Part shown: piece after piece, positions 47,443 to 59,675 of the stretch
Layout: each line of letters begins with the position of its first letter
How positions within the stretch are numbered: position 1 is the first letter of the stretch
Source: Paramoeba atlantica
Lineage: Eukaryota; Protista; Discosea
Direction: 5' to 3'
Assembly: GCA_977017575.1 (NCBI GenBank)
Contig: CDRNVI010000166.1
Location: forward strand, 1 to 63,358
DNA length: 63,358 nt
Notes under the pieces: generated by a model
What the model was told of the DNA's origin: nothing
Seen by the model: the letters and a program-made list of their open reading frames with translations, nothing else
Databases searched by the model: none
Translations under genes and position numbers: made by a program

Positions 47443-48308
47443 TAACGCCCTCTCCCGAGCCAAATCCTTGTTACTGGGGGTCAGCCGAAAAAGGATCAAA
47501 TCCTTGTTACTGGGGGGGTCTATTACTTGGGGGGTCTGCGGGAATCGATTTAATGCCGGCATGTGGAGAAGCGAAAGAAGAGAGTATAAAGAAGAAAACA
47601 AGTCCGTTTTTTCTTCGATATTTTCGAGCTCTTTTTTCGTGAACACAAAAAAGTTGGATTAGTCAGAAACTTACAGTGCGCCCAGATAGTAAAGTTGTTT
47701 TAGTATTTACCACCAATTTTGGGCAACTACTAAAAAAATCTTGTAGGCCAGCATAGCTAGGGGGGGTAGGGGTGGCGATCAACTCTTCCGACTGACTGAA
47801 AACGATTTTTAGAATATTTGAACGAATTCTAATTTATTATAATCTTTCATTACGAAGGAACCGTTGTGCAAAGAATGTTAGCAACACCTTTAAAATCACA
47901 TTTCGTGCAACAATATGAGCTTTGACTGCGAAGGGTATGATACATTGAGTGAATTAAATATTATCATCGACGTATGGGATGAACATTCCTTCCTAGAATG
48001 TATAAAAACTCTTCAGCGCTGTGCGAAGGTGAAAGGTGCAATCCCGCAATACAAGCATTCGTAATATTTCTGGACAGTACTAATGAGGAACGATAAAATG
48101 TTTTTGTAAGTTTAAGAATTTTTTTGTACTCGTCGGGGAAAAATTTCATTGAAAAAAATATTTAGTACAAAAATATGCACCTTTAAGTTAAAGGGGCATA
48201 TTTGATGAAAATGCTGGTACGCCTAAGGCGCTTCGACCATTATTCAATATCTCAGAACAAGAGTGGGAGGAGTGGGGATCTTGCGTTGACTTTCGCTGGA
48301 ATCCAGAG

Positions 48309-48602
48309 ATGCACGAAGACGAAAATGTTTGGTGGCTAGAAATAGGCAGCGAGATGTTTCCTGCTATATTTCGAGCTGCTATGCACTACATTTGGACGCC
48401 ACCTCTGGTTACCAAGTGTGACAGTTGGCTTTCGATTCTATCGTACATGTATAATTCTAGGCAAACTTGCACGTCGCCCCAAGTGGTGGCCAACCGGATG
48501 TTCATTCGCGGCAACCAGGAGAAGCTTGAATATTTGATACCGGGAGGTGATGAAGAAGGTGATACGGACGAGTCAGTTGACATTACAGACAATGAAGGTT
48601 GA
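48309..48602 (+). pseudogene. hAT C-terminal dimerisation-domain remnant
   Basis: VWWLEIGSEMFPAIFRAAMHYIWTP...SR....PQVVANRMFIRGN. Confidence 0.65.
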
Positions 48603-48788
48603 GCATAACGTTGTGTGTAACATATGAATTGCAAGTTCTACGTCTATTCTACATCTACACGTATATCGAATAAAATTTACCAATCATCGGGGCTATGTTT
48701 TTCCCCGACTATAATCTTTTTTTCAAAAACAATGTTTTTCAAAACTTTTATTTCTAGTTGACTTTTATTTCTAGTCTCTCATTCCCAC

Positions 48789-51700
48789 ATGCCCGCCTGG
48801 GAATTCCCCAAGAGAACATGCCGTGATTGTGATCGCCGATTCAAGCCGGCGAATAATGCGTACAAAATCTGTCGGAAATGTTTTCTCGGCGCTAAGGAGC
48901 CAATGGTGGCAGGAGTGAAGACTGAAGATCTATTTCAACTTTTTACGTCTTTCATTTCCTCTCTCTCCGAAAAGAGAACAGTTGCTCACAACCTTCGCCG
49001 GGGGGACCATCGTATTCGTGGTCTCCAAACGCGCGCGAGTGTGGACAACGCGAATGTGCCGTCTGGTCGTGCAGGTAAACGCCCGGCCAATAGTTCCAAG
49101 GGGGATCTCACAGAATCTCAAAAACGACTTGATCCAGCTCCCGCAGTTCACAATCCGTTTTCGTCTCTTCGTTTCTCGAAGGGCAGCTCAAATGAGGACA
49201 AGAAGGCTCCATCACGTCTGACTTATTCACAAGTGACAGCTGGTCATTCTCTCAAATGGTCCAAAAAACCCGCAAAGTCGAACTACGGGACTTCCACCAC
49301 GTCCCGCTTGTCTCCCTTCCCCAAACGCGCAGGTGGGACTTCACGCCTAGATGACGACCAAGTGGCCTCTAAGCCGAAAGCGCTGAAACCAGGGAAGTCC
49401 TTTGCAGAACGGTTTGGGGAACTGAAGCGGGAGCTTCAGACTCAGGAAGTCGCCAAGTACGGCGCTCTTCATAATACGATTGCAATCCACAAGTTACAGA
49501 CTCAGAGTCTCAAGCTAGAATACAAGTGGATGTTACAAGCTCGGCGTCTGCAGGAACAACACATGCACCACATGTTAAACCTGCAGCAGCAGTGCCAAAA
49601 TGCACTGCGGATTGTCGAGCGCGGTGGCCACATTTGTTCCACATGCCATCGCAAATTTATGGATCAGTCTTCCCTGGAGGAACATCAGCGGTCGCACTCC
49701 GCCGCTAGGGAGAAGCAAAATGAGAGATTTATTCAATCTCAGGCGCTGAAAAGAGAAAGCTTGTTTTTGTCATATATCAAAATGCGAGATCGCATAATAA
49801 ATCAAGAGGAAGATTCCAGCCTCCACATCGCGTCGCGATTTCTTCCTCGCGTTACCCACCTCCACCTCGAACGTGCGCCGCCCCCTAAAAGTGCTACCCC
49901 CAGTTCTAGGCCTTCCATTGACGAACCAGGTGGTTTCGGCGGCGAGTGGGATGAAGATGATATTTCTTCCCTTGATTCGGAGACTCATGCATCCTATGTG
50001 ACCAAAGTGGCGTTGTTCCTGGAACCGGAGAAAACGTCCCACGTCCTGGTAACAGGGCTCAGCCCAAGCGCGTCACTTGGATTGCTCCGAGATCACGTGG
50101 CAGCCACAATTCGACTCCCAAACGGCCTTATTCAAATCGTGGATCCCACCTCATATGAAGAGTTACCTCTCTCTGGGATTATCGGTCCCCCGACGACGGA
50201 ATGCGTGTACGGGGCTACTATCAAGGCCCCACCAGGAGAAAAGTCAGGCAACGAAATCCCAATTTATTGTCAAATTGAAGATCACCCAATCCGCATACCT
50301 GAGGGTGTAGCGCCGGTTGAGTACCCTGTTGCTATCTGCCACTTTCTAGGCATTGAACTTTCTTTGTCAAAATCCTGGGAACAGATTAAGGATGCGAGCG
50401 GGGTTTCATGGTGGTGCTTTAGGCCACCGGAAGTTTTGTCATCAGAAACTGGCTGGTCCAAAGACCAAGCTCCTAGAGGACCAGGATATCGTGGCCTGCG
50501 TTACTTGGATAGCTACAGCAGTGCTGCGAAACTCCCGAGACGCTCAGCTAAGGGACGTCTTAACCAGCTCCACTCTGATCTTGCTGCGCAAGGAGGGCCC
50601 TTCCGTAGAAGGATCCCTAGCCTGCCGACCTATAGCAATGGGGGAAATCTTTCTTAAATTGGCTAGCCAAATCGCCATGGACAGGGTAGCAGAAGCAACG
50701 GGCAGACTTTTCCAAGATACACAATTTGGTGTTGGAACAAGAAACGGAGGAAAATTAAAATAATATTAAGGGCAAGAAACGCGTTTCGTCAAAAAGCGGA
50801 CTTTGTGCTCTTGACAGTAGACATCCGTAACGCCTTCAATTCAATTGAAAGAAGCGCGGTGTTTCAGTATCTAAGGGGAAATGATGAATTTCACGAGCTA
50901 TACGGGGTGACCTCATATGTATATGGGGCTCCAACTACGATATTTAACTCGTCGTGTTCGCCGACTAAGGTTCTGAGGGGAGTCCGACAAGGCGACCCAT
51001 TAGGACAGTTACTGTTTTCTCTCGGCTTGCACCAAATTCTTGGAAAATTGAAGGATGAGTTCAGTGATCTGACGCTTTGGGCTTACCTAGACGACCTTTC
51101 AATCATCGGCCCGGCAGAACGTGTCGCACAGGCGTTTGGCGCTCTCTGTGATCACGCTTCGGGAATAGGACTGGAGGTACATCCGGCCAAATGTAAGCTT
51201 TCGACGCATTTCAATGACCAGTACGCTCCTTTCAGAGGTATGAACATAGAGTTGCGGAGCAAGGACAAAAGCTCCTAGGTGCATTCGTCTCCAAGGAAGG
51301 CGTGGATGAAACCAGATGGGTAGTCAACCAAATGCCTAAATTGCAGACATTCCTGGATCGGCTGCAACATCTCTCGTTACAAAGTGCTTACATTTTGCTG
51401 AAGAGATGTGGAGTCCCCCGGTGGGACTACCTAATGCGGTGTCATGAGCCGGAGGTAACGGCAAAAGCCAACGTGTTAGCGGACAAGGCCATACAGGAGT
51501 GTGCCTCAGAGCTGCTAGGAGGCTTCGAAGACCGGGAAAAGAACCCGTTTCACAGTACTCTCATGACGGGCGACCTTTTGTGGGCGAAACCTTTTGCGCA
51601 GCAAGCGGCAACTCTGTATTCTCGCACAAAAGCTGAGGTATTAGGGTGTATGGAAAGACGACGTTCTGCCTTGACAAGATATGAAGAGTCGAAGTCAGCA

Positions 51701-52441
51701 GTGCGTAAAGAAACCAGCGAACTACATGACGTCCATTCACTTCAGTTGATGGACAAGAGAACGCGCAATTGGACAGAGGCGCATAGGAATCGGGGTGAGT
51801 ACTTCATGCGCGACGCAGAATGGCAAACAGCCATGCGCATGCGATACTTGATAGCACCTACTTCGGACCCTTTCGCACAATGTGAGTGCGGAGACATCCT
51901 CTCAAACAAAGATTTTGTTGTGCACGCCCTTGACTGCAATAAAGTCAAAGGCGACACTGCGGCCACTCGCCACAAACTTGTTAAGAATGCCTTCGTGCAC
52001 TTGCTACGACAGTACGGATTCACTCCTGACAATCATGAACCCCGATTCTCTGCTGGTCGGGGCCCCGACGTCTGCTTTATGCTGGGAGGGAAAATATGTC
52101 TGGTGGACGTGACCGTCGTTAACCCCCTCGCCCCTTCTTATGTTAAGGCCGAATGGGTAGCGCCTGGCAACACTCTAGAAAGGGTGGAAAGCTTGAAAGT
52201 AAAAGCGCACAGTGACATGGCCACGAAAAGGGGTATGCATTTCTACCCCCTTGCATTTACCGTTTTTGGTGTGGCAGGGAAGCGCACCGTACTCCTCCTA
52301 AAGGAGATCGCAAGGTATACGTATGACAGGAAAGGTTTCCTGCGTCATGCACTACAAGCCATTAATGTGGCTGTTCAAAAAGGCAACGCCGCGATACTAT
52401 CCTCCGCGGTAAAAGAGTGGAGGAAGGCGGGTGTCCGCTAA
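48789..52441 (+). mobile_element. Near full-length CRE-clade (CRE/SLACS/CZAR-like) non-LTR retrotransposon; single ORF broken by 3 frameshifts (about 50465, 50750, 51268)
   Basis: C2H2 finger CSTCHRKFMDQSSLEEHQRSH; RT motifs RPIAMGE, QFGVG, VDIRNAFNS, GVRQGDPLG, YLDD; CCHC finger CECG..HALDC; RLE motifs RH, E, PD..D, K. Confidence 0.92.
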
Positions 52442-53454
52442 TTGAAAATTTTCAAAAGCATATTTCCAGTTCAGCTTTTACCTTGGGGTTTTTTTCCATC
52501 GTTACATATCGTAGGCCTTGTTTTCCCCCTTCGTTAGCGTAATTTATCTAATTTTGTTTACATATGGTTTCTGCTCTAAGCATTAGTTTACGAGAAATAT
52601 GTGAGACGATACGGTGTGCTTCTTACGTCATTATGGATAGTTTATTTTATTATACGAATGTACGAATGTTTTATCGTTACGATTCCTATCTCCAACCATT
52701 CAAAATATTCAACAAATTGGCACACCTTGTTCAAATATTTTTCTTTCTGCACAATACTATACATCGTCGTACCCTCTTTATCACTATACCACTTTCCTCA
52801 CTTCCGCTTTAGATTTCTACGAACTTTAAATTAAATTTCAGATGAGTGCTATGTAGATCGACATAATTTTAGAGAAAATATCCTCTTACATCCAACCGGG
52901 TCCCAAATGGCTTCCAATGCTCTTGAGGGCCTTTAACGTACCTGAGTTCTCCTCCTTGGTTGATGACTAAAAAATGACGGTTGGGGGAAGTGTAAGTTTC
53001 TTGGATGGAAGTATAAAGGGAGTCCTGATTCATTGTCTGGAATGAAAATGTAGGTATAAAGGGAGGGATCACCCTCTGAAATATAAAAGGGGGTGACAAT
53101 ACTATCCAAATTCTTCCGATATGGCAATGATATTTTTCTAGCTCCCGTATTTTGTGCTGCGGGTAACACCGAGTACCATGCGTACGGTACGCGAGTACGG
53201 TACTCGGGTACTCAAGGCCCTAGGTACTCATTTGAGTACCTGAGTACCGTACTCGCGAATGTATGTTTAACCATATTTTACGATGTAAGAAATTTTTAAA
53301 GGGGGGATGTTCAAAAGCGCGTGAGACATCGTAACATTCCCCCCGGAATCAGACTACAGGAATGTTAAACCGGACTGTGGTCTAAAACTAACTTTACATA
53401 CAACCTCAGTACATTTTGCAGAGAAAAATATATATTTTTTATCTTGTATTGAGA

Positions 53455-54132
53455 ATGCGCACGCTGTTGATCTTTGGATTGCGCGGTACACTTTTGGAAA
53501 GACTTCCCGTGAGTGAAACACCTACCTCACTAAGCCGACTTTCATCGTTCACATTTGCACGATACAATGTATGGCTGCGTCCAGGAGCGCGTGAAATGCT
53601 CAATAAATTACAAGAACTGGCAGATGTGGCCATATGGTCTGCCGCTGCAGCACGAAACACGGTGCCCGTCGTGAAGGAGGCATTTCCAGACATTAATTTT
53701 CAGTTTGTGTGGCATCGCGATCACACAGAGGCAGATAAGATTCGAAGACAACTGCGCGGTGCATCGGATGAGAGAGTCGATGCGCATAGTGTAATAAAAG
53801 ACCTGGGGCGTGTATACCACGAATTTCCGGGCCGCAGCGCTGCCCATACCGTAGTGGTAGACGACACCATTTTTAAGGGTCGAGGACAAAGTGAGAACGT
53901 GCTATTGGTGCCTTCCTACAGTCTTTTTGAAGTCATGTGCGAATCCGCTACGTATTCCACTTCATGTGAGAAGGACGTCGGCATGCCTCACGTCGTGCAA
54001 GAGGAAAACATCGAACAGATTCCCAAACATGATTTTGACGGGTTGTTTGAGATGCTAAAGAACGACATTTTAAGTGCTTCGGATGTCAGAAAGATCCTCC
54101 CCATGAAAACATTTCTTAGCGAAGTCAAGTGA
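53455..54132 (+). CDS. NIF/FCP1-SCP family HAD phosphatase-like protein with degenerate active site
   Basis: LLIFGLRGTLL at the DxDxT position; VWLRPG, VAIWSA, FQFVWHR, IKDLGRV, VVVDDT, NVLLVPSY; ATG 53455 follows a pyrimidine tract and AG. Confidence 0.8.
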   Translation: MRTLLIFGLRGTLLERLPVSETPTSLSRLSSFTFARYNVWLRPGAREMLNKLQELADVAIWSAAAARNTVPVVKEAFPDINFQFVWHRDHTEADKIRRQLRGASDERVDAHSVIKDLGRVYHEFPGRSAAHTVVVDDTIFKGRGQSENVLLVPSYSLFEVMCESATYSTSCEKDVGMPHVVQEENIEQIPKHDFDGLFEMLKNDILSASDVRKILPMKTFLSEVK

Positions 54133-54329
54133 ATCGGTGGGCTTAGCAACATGTCAAGTGGGCTTATACAATCTTTCACCATGAGGAATGTTATCACTTG
54201 CCTACATGAAACGCACTGTGAAGCATATTTCACATAATGTACATTAGGTACGTTTAAATTACGAAACATTAATTAAGAGACACATTAAATAAAGGAACGC
54301 CAATTAAGGGAACACGGATTTCTTTTTTA

Positions 54330-55090
54330 GGCTCTTCGTTAAACGCGGTGGTTGTTTTGAACTTAGAAGTCACTCATGCTGCGCGCTTCGCGTTGAAAAC
54401 TACCGCCGCGTTTAACGAAGAGCCTAAAAATTAAAAATCGGCAAAAGATAGATGGGGATTAGATGAATAATCTATTTTTTGGGGTGAAAAAGCTGGATTT
54501 TTCAGCGAAAATTGCGAAATTCCAACCCGAATTTGGGCCGTTTTTGATGCCTTACCAGTGGGGCAGGAGGCGAATCTGTCGAAAAAAACGTTGCAGAATG
54601 GTAGCTGAGGTCCAAAACTCTTAAAATACGTTTTAGGAGTCGATTTGGAAAAATAATATTTTTGCTTTTTTTTGCGTCAAATTTGTTTTTTGGTCACCCC
54701 AAAAATTTCGGAAATTTTGACCTTGTCGGACCCCTCCTGCGCGTACCAGGGGGGTACCCCCAGATGGGGGGGGGGGGGTGGAAAGTCATCGCCGCGGCCT
54801 ACTCTACCACTTCCCTGCGCTCGATTTTGAAAAGCAAAAAATTCGAAAAAAAAATTCGCGACGTATGCCCCACCTCATGGACCCCCCCTGGACCCCCCCC
54901 TGGAACCCGCCCTGGACCCCCCCTGGACCCCCCATTTTTTTCAATTTTTTTTTAATTTTGGACCACCGGAGCCTCCTTTTATATTTTTTTCTTCTATTAT
55001 ATTACTGTGTTTCTCTTTGTATTTTCACTGTTTTTGTTCACTTTTTTTCAATAATCGAGGGTAGAGCGGTAGTTATACAACCACCGCAAT
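54330..55090 (+). repeat. Composite dispersed repeat, most complete copy
   Basis: 95-bp hairpin, then GCCTTACCAG module, then GGACCCCCC module; mirror of 19625-20320. Confidence 0.72.
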
Positions 55091-55656
55091 CACTATTAAT
55101 GAAAGGGGGTGTACTAAATTTCGAGCTCAGAAATTTTTGGATAAGTTAGCCCTTTAAGCAGTTTTTTCGATAAGTACGCTACTTATCCAAAAAAAAACCC
55201 GATTTTGGACCAAAAATGACAGATAACTAAAGGGGGAGTCATGGTAATGTGCCCCCCGATTTACGAATTTTGACCTCCATATTTTCGTGCCCACCCCTGT
55301 ATAGCGACACTGTATAATGTCGTTTGGTCAAAACCCGCAGCACTATGTAGGGGGGGCACTGTAAATATGGTGAGCTACTTTTCATGTTTTTCTCTCAGAA
55401 ACCTTTAGAAATATTTTCACAGTGCTTATCATTCATTTTCTAGCAAAATAGATTTTGGTGAAACTGAAGCATTATTGCGCCAAAAAAACACTTTTCCTTT
55501 CCTTTAAAAAAGCGAAATCAAAAGAAATAAGTACTAGCGGCCCATAAACCCAAAAAAATATCTTCATTTATTTTTTTCCAAAAGAGGCGCAATAATGCTT
55601 CAATTTGACCCAGATTTTTAGTTGTCTAATAGGTTTTTGCTCTAATAGATTTCTTT

Positions 55657-58125
55657 ATGAAAACCAAAGAAAAAGAGGACACTTGTGCTACCGAATCCGT
55701 GGGTTTCTCAAACACACACGCTACCGGGTCAGAGGGCGAATCCTCTCTTCAGGTTGAAGGACTAATTCCCCAATCACTTGAGCTATCTGCAGCAGGAGAA
55801 TATGTTATGTCTTGTTCTTCATCGAAAAAAGTTCAGATTCACGAGATTATTCTAGCATATTATTTTCAACTGCAGCGTGGGTGTGGAAACGTAGAATGTG
55901 TGAATCATTTGTGTCGAAGCAGCCCGCTGTACGAAGAAGCTTTGCGTACACTTTCCGCCGAGGAATTGTTTAGCAAGAGTGTACAACTTGCCAAACGCAC
56001 TTTTCAATCAAGCAATATAGACTCTTTTTTCTTCTGTGACAATGTGGCACATCCGCTTCATTGTTTTCGTATCGATGTATGGAGCTCCGAAAAATTGTAT
56101 CAAAGTGCACAAGAAGGGACTGAGGCGTTAAGCGAAGTCTTGAGAAGGGGAATTTCAAGTCTGGAGCACTTGCTATTCTCCTTTCCGCTTTGCACAAAGT
56201 CTACTTATGTGCGAGAAAGTGAGCGAATGCGCGCCTTCGGTGTTCCTGAAGAAGATCAATTGGGAATTGAGTTTTCTAGTATGGGGGATGCGCTGAAACT
56301 CACGCGCAGCGTTTCGTCTTCAAAATGGCTTCCGAACTTAAAGGAAACTATATCACATCTGACGTCCTTCATGTTGAATCCAATGTACACAATGGAGCCC
56401 GTGCAATTTCACGCCGGACTTTACCTTACGGGGGTAAGTCTGGCTGTGCGTGCAATACTTGTTCTTTTTCACATTCCTGCGCTTTTTGACCCTACTCATG
56501 AGTATAATTCTTGCCTGCATAGCCTATGCAGCGCAATTGAAGATACGGAGGCGATTCACTACATGCTGAAAGTACAATTTGCTTTGCTGCCCCAGGAAAA
56601 TTTTTATTCACTGGTTATGAATTTGCAGCAGTACATTAGCGTATCTCTCTATAATAACATTGTGTTAATAAGCGAAGTAATAGCGAGCGCGACGTTCGTT
56701 CTGGCGCTGTTATATAAGGCGAATTATTTGCTACCTTCGCATTCGACTCATGGCAAAATTTCTTATGAAGCTTTTTATAACGGAGCCGTCAATGACGTTA
56801 TAGACGTAAGAAAAGACTTTCTAGCGTATGCGAACAGTCGACAACGAAGTACAGGGGAAATGACACTACGTGGGAAAATTTTCACTTTTGCCGAACACCC
56901 TTTTTTGCTAGATCTGTCTTATAAATCTCTACTACTTCATTATCACTCCCGTATTGAACAGCAGCACGAGGTACAGAATACGATTCATTCCTTAATGGCT
57001 ATCCATATGCTTGGGGGAACTGTAGATACCATTAGCCAAGACGACTTTGCGCTTAAGATTGTTGTGGACAGAGAGGAGCTCTTAAAAACGACATTACAGG
57101 AACTATCCTCAAAGTCCGATAAGTACAAAAAACCGCTTCGAGTACATTTTAAGGGCGAAGAAGGTATTGACGAGGGAGGAGTAAGGAAAGAGTTTTTTCA
57201 ACTTCTTATTAAACAAATTTTTGATCCCGAATTTGGTATGTTTGAAGAGACTTCTAATCACTATCAATGGTTTCGTCCACACATTCTCTGCGGAGAGCGG
57301 GACGAAGAGTTTGAATTTGTGGGACTTCTTTTCGGATTGGCGATTTATAACTCCATTATCCTGGACGTACAGTTTCCGCTTATCATATATCAAATGCTAT
57401 TAGGGCATAAACCGGATACTAGTCTTGACACCCTGAAAAGAGTCGATCCAGAACTCTCTGCTGGGTTGCAAACCTTGTTAGATTTCGAGGAAAATGAGGC
57501 ATGTGGGGACACTGTTCAGAACACTTTTTGTCGAACATTCTCGGAGTCCTACACCACAAGTTCCGGAGAAATGGTTGAGGTGGAGCTTGTGAATGGGGGA
57601 AACAAAACTTCACTGACTAAAGAAAATCGCGCCGAGTATGTTGACGCGTACTTGAAGTATCGACTCTCTTTGGAGCACCAACCACACTTTAAACTTTTTT
57701 GCAAAGGATTTCTTAGTGTCTGCCAGAATCCTATGCTACCACAGATCCGCCCTGAAGAACTCGAGGTCCTTATCATAGGTTCGCCTGATCTTGATTTTGC
57801 TGTTTTACAACGGAATTGCAAATACGATGGATACAAAAAGAGTGACCCGACTATTGTTTCCTTTTGGGAAATTGTTCTGCACGATATGACGAATGAGGAT
57901 CAGCGCAAATTGTTGAAGTTTTGCACTGGCTCTGATCGAGTACCTATTGGAGGGCTCGGTAGTATATTGTTTGTCATTGGGAAAAACGGAGGAGACTCTG
58001 AGTTACTTCCCACAAGTCACACTTGCTTTAATCATTTGTTACTTCCTTCCTACAGAACAAAGAATAAACTCCGCGGAAAACTTATGCAGGCCATTAATAA
58101 TTGTCAAGGTTTCGGTCTCATGTAA
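55657..58125 (+). CDS. HECT E3 ubiquitin ligase with N-terminal AZUL zinc-binding domain (E6AP/UBE3A-like architecture), 822 aa
   Basis: YYFQLQRGCGNVECVNHLCRSS (AZUL); KPLRVHFKGEEGIDEGGVRKEFF; FCTGSDRVP; LPTSHTCFNHLLLP (catalytic Cys). Confidence 0.95.
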   Translation: MKTKEKEDTCATESVGFSNTHATGSEGESSLQVEGLIPQSLELSAAGEYVMSCSSSKKVQIHEIILAYYFQLQRGCGNVECVNHLCRSSPLYEEALRTLSAEELFSKSVQLAKRTFQSSNIDSFFFCDNVAHPLHCFRIDVWSSEKLYQSAQEGTEALSEVLRRGISSLEHLLFSFPLCTKSTYVRESERMRAFGVPEEDQLGIEFSSMGDALKLTRSVSSSKWLPNLKETISHLTSFMLNPMYTMEPVQFHAGLYLTGVSLAVRAILVLFHIPALFDPTHEYNSCLHSLCSAIEDTEAIHYMLKVQFALLPQENFYSLVMNLQQYISVSLYNNIVLISEVIASATFVLALLYKANYLLPSHSTHGKISYEAFYNGAVNDVIDVRKDFLAYANSRQRSTGEMTLRGKIFTFAEHPFLLDLSYKSLLLHYHSRIEQQHEVQNTIHSLMAIHMLGGTVDTISQDDFALKIVVDREELLKTTLQELSSKSDKYKKPLRVHFKGEEGIDEGGVRKEFFQLLIKQIFDPEFGMFEETSNHYQWFRPHILCGERDEEFEFVGLLFGLAIYNSIILDVQFPLIIYQMLLGHKPDTSLDTLKRVDPELSAGLQTLLDFEENEACGDTVQNTFCRTFSESYTTSSGEMVEVELVNGGNKTSLTKENRAEYVDAYLKYRLSLEHQPHFKLFCKGFLSVCQNPMLPQIRPEELEVLIIGSPDLDFAVLQRNCKYDGYKKSDPTIVSFWEIVLHDMTNEDQRKLLKFCTGSDRVPIGGLGSILFVIGKNGGDSELLPTSHTCFNHLLLPSYRTKNKLRGKLMQAINNCQGFGLM

Positions 58126-58348
58126 GCTATAGAGTGCGGCTCAATCACAATGTATTTCTTTATTATGTTTGCCAACATTGTTGCATAAATCATTTCGCTC
58201 TTAACGCGCATACGTGATTCAGTAAAACAGCTTGCAGTGCGCTAGAAGTTATGGCTCCGTATGAAGAGTTTTACGGTACTCGCAAAAATTAGGAAAACTT
58301 TTATTGTAAAATAATAGAAAAGTTTACTAATTAAAACTTTACTAACTT

Positions 58349-58971
58349 TAATGCGGTGTCACGAGCCGGAGGTAACGGCAAAAGCCAACGTGTTAGCGGA
58401 CAAATCCATACAGAAGTGTGCATCAGAGCTGTTAGGAGGCTTCGAAGACCTGGAAAAGACCCCGTTTCACAGTACTCTCATGACGGGCGACCTTTTGGGG
58501 GCGAAACCTTTGGGCAGCAAGCGGCAACTTTGTATTCTCGCACAGAAGCTGAGGTATTAGGGTGTTTGTAAAGACAAGAATTGACAAGATATGAAGAGTC
58601 GAAGTCAGCAGTGCGTAAAGAAACCAGCGAACTACATGACGTTCATTCACTTCAATTGATGGACAAGAGAACGCGCAATTGGACAGAGGTGCGTAGGAAT
58701 CGGGGTGAGTACTTCATGCGCGACGCAGAATGGCAAACAGCCATGCGTATGCGATACTTGGTAGCTCCTATTTCGGACCCTTTCGCACAATGTGAGTGCG
58801 GAGACATCCTCTCAAACAAAGATTTTGTCGTACACGCCCTTGACTGTAGTAAAGTTAAAGGCGACACCGTAGCTACTCGCCACAAACTTGTTAAGAATGC
58901 CTTCGCGCACTTGCTACGACAGTACGGATTCACTCCAGACAACCATGAACCCCGATTCTCCGATGGTCGGG
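58349..58971 (+). pseudogene. Internal 3' fragment of the same CRE family
   Basis: Closely matches 51433-52060 at nucleotide level. Confidence 0.9.
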
Positions 58972-59132
58972 TTTTTTTTTTCGGTTTAAGTATGATACAG
59001 GTGTCCACGAGTGAAAAGGACCTCGGATTCGGAACGATTGGGTCGAAAAACAGTCCCATACAAAATATTTCCAAAATCGGACAAATTACAAGACCTGTAG
59101 GGGGGGGGGGTAAAAGAGGCTGAACACTACTG

Positions 59133-59519
59133 TACATACATACGTACATACGTACATACATACATACATACATACATACATACATACATACATACATACA
59201 TACATACATACATACATACATACATACATACATACATACATACATACATACATACATACATACATACATACATACATACATACATACATACATACATACA
59301 TACATACATACATACATACATACATACATACATACATACATACATACATACATACATACATACATACATACATACATACATACATACATACATACATACA
59401 TACATACATACATACATACATACATACATACATACATACATACATACATACATACATACATACATACATACATACATACATACATACATACATACATACA
59501 TACATACATACATACATAC
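59133..59519. repeat. (TACA)n microsatellite, about 97 units
   Basis: Direct reading of the sequence. Confidence 0.98.
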
Positions 59520-59675
59520 GGTTAAACTGAAGCAAATTTAGCATTTTTCATATTTTTTGATATTTCCGATAAATCCTGGCCCTACTTCGAAGCTACTCTC
59601 TTCCAATACAATGAATTTGAATTGATTTCTTTCTTACTTCAGTATCTTAAGACTTTCTTACATAACTCTGCGAAC

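Noticed and set aside
48600-48790. Spliced-leader RNA gene at the CRE insertion site
   Set aside because: No AACTAA...CAGTTTCTGTAC-like sequence seen at either flank or elsewhere in the window
58652-59544. MYVCMYVC-repeat ORFs
   Set aside because: Translation artefacts of the (TACA)n microsatellite
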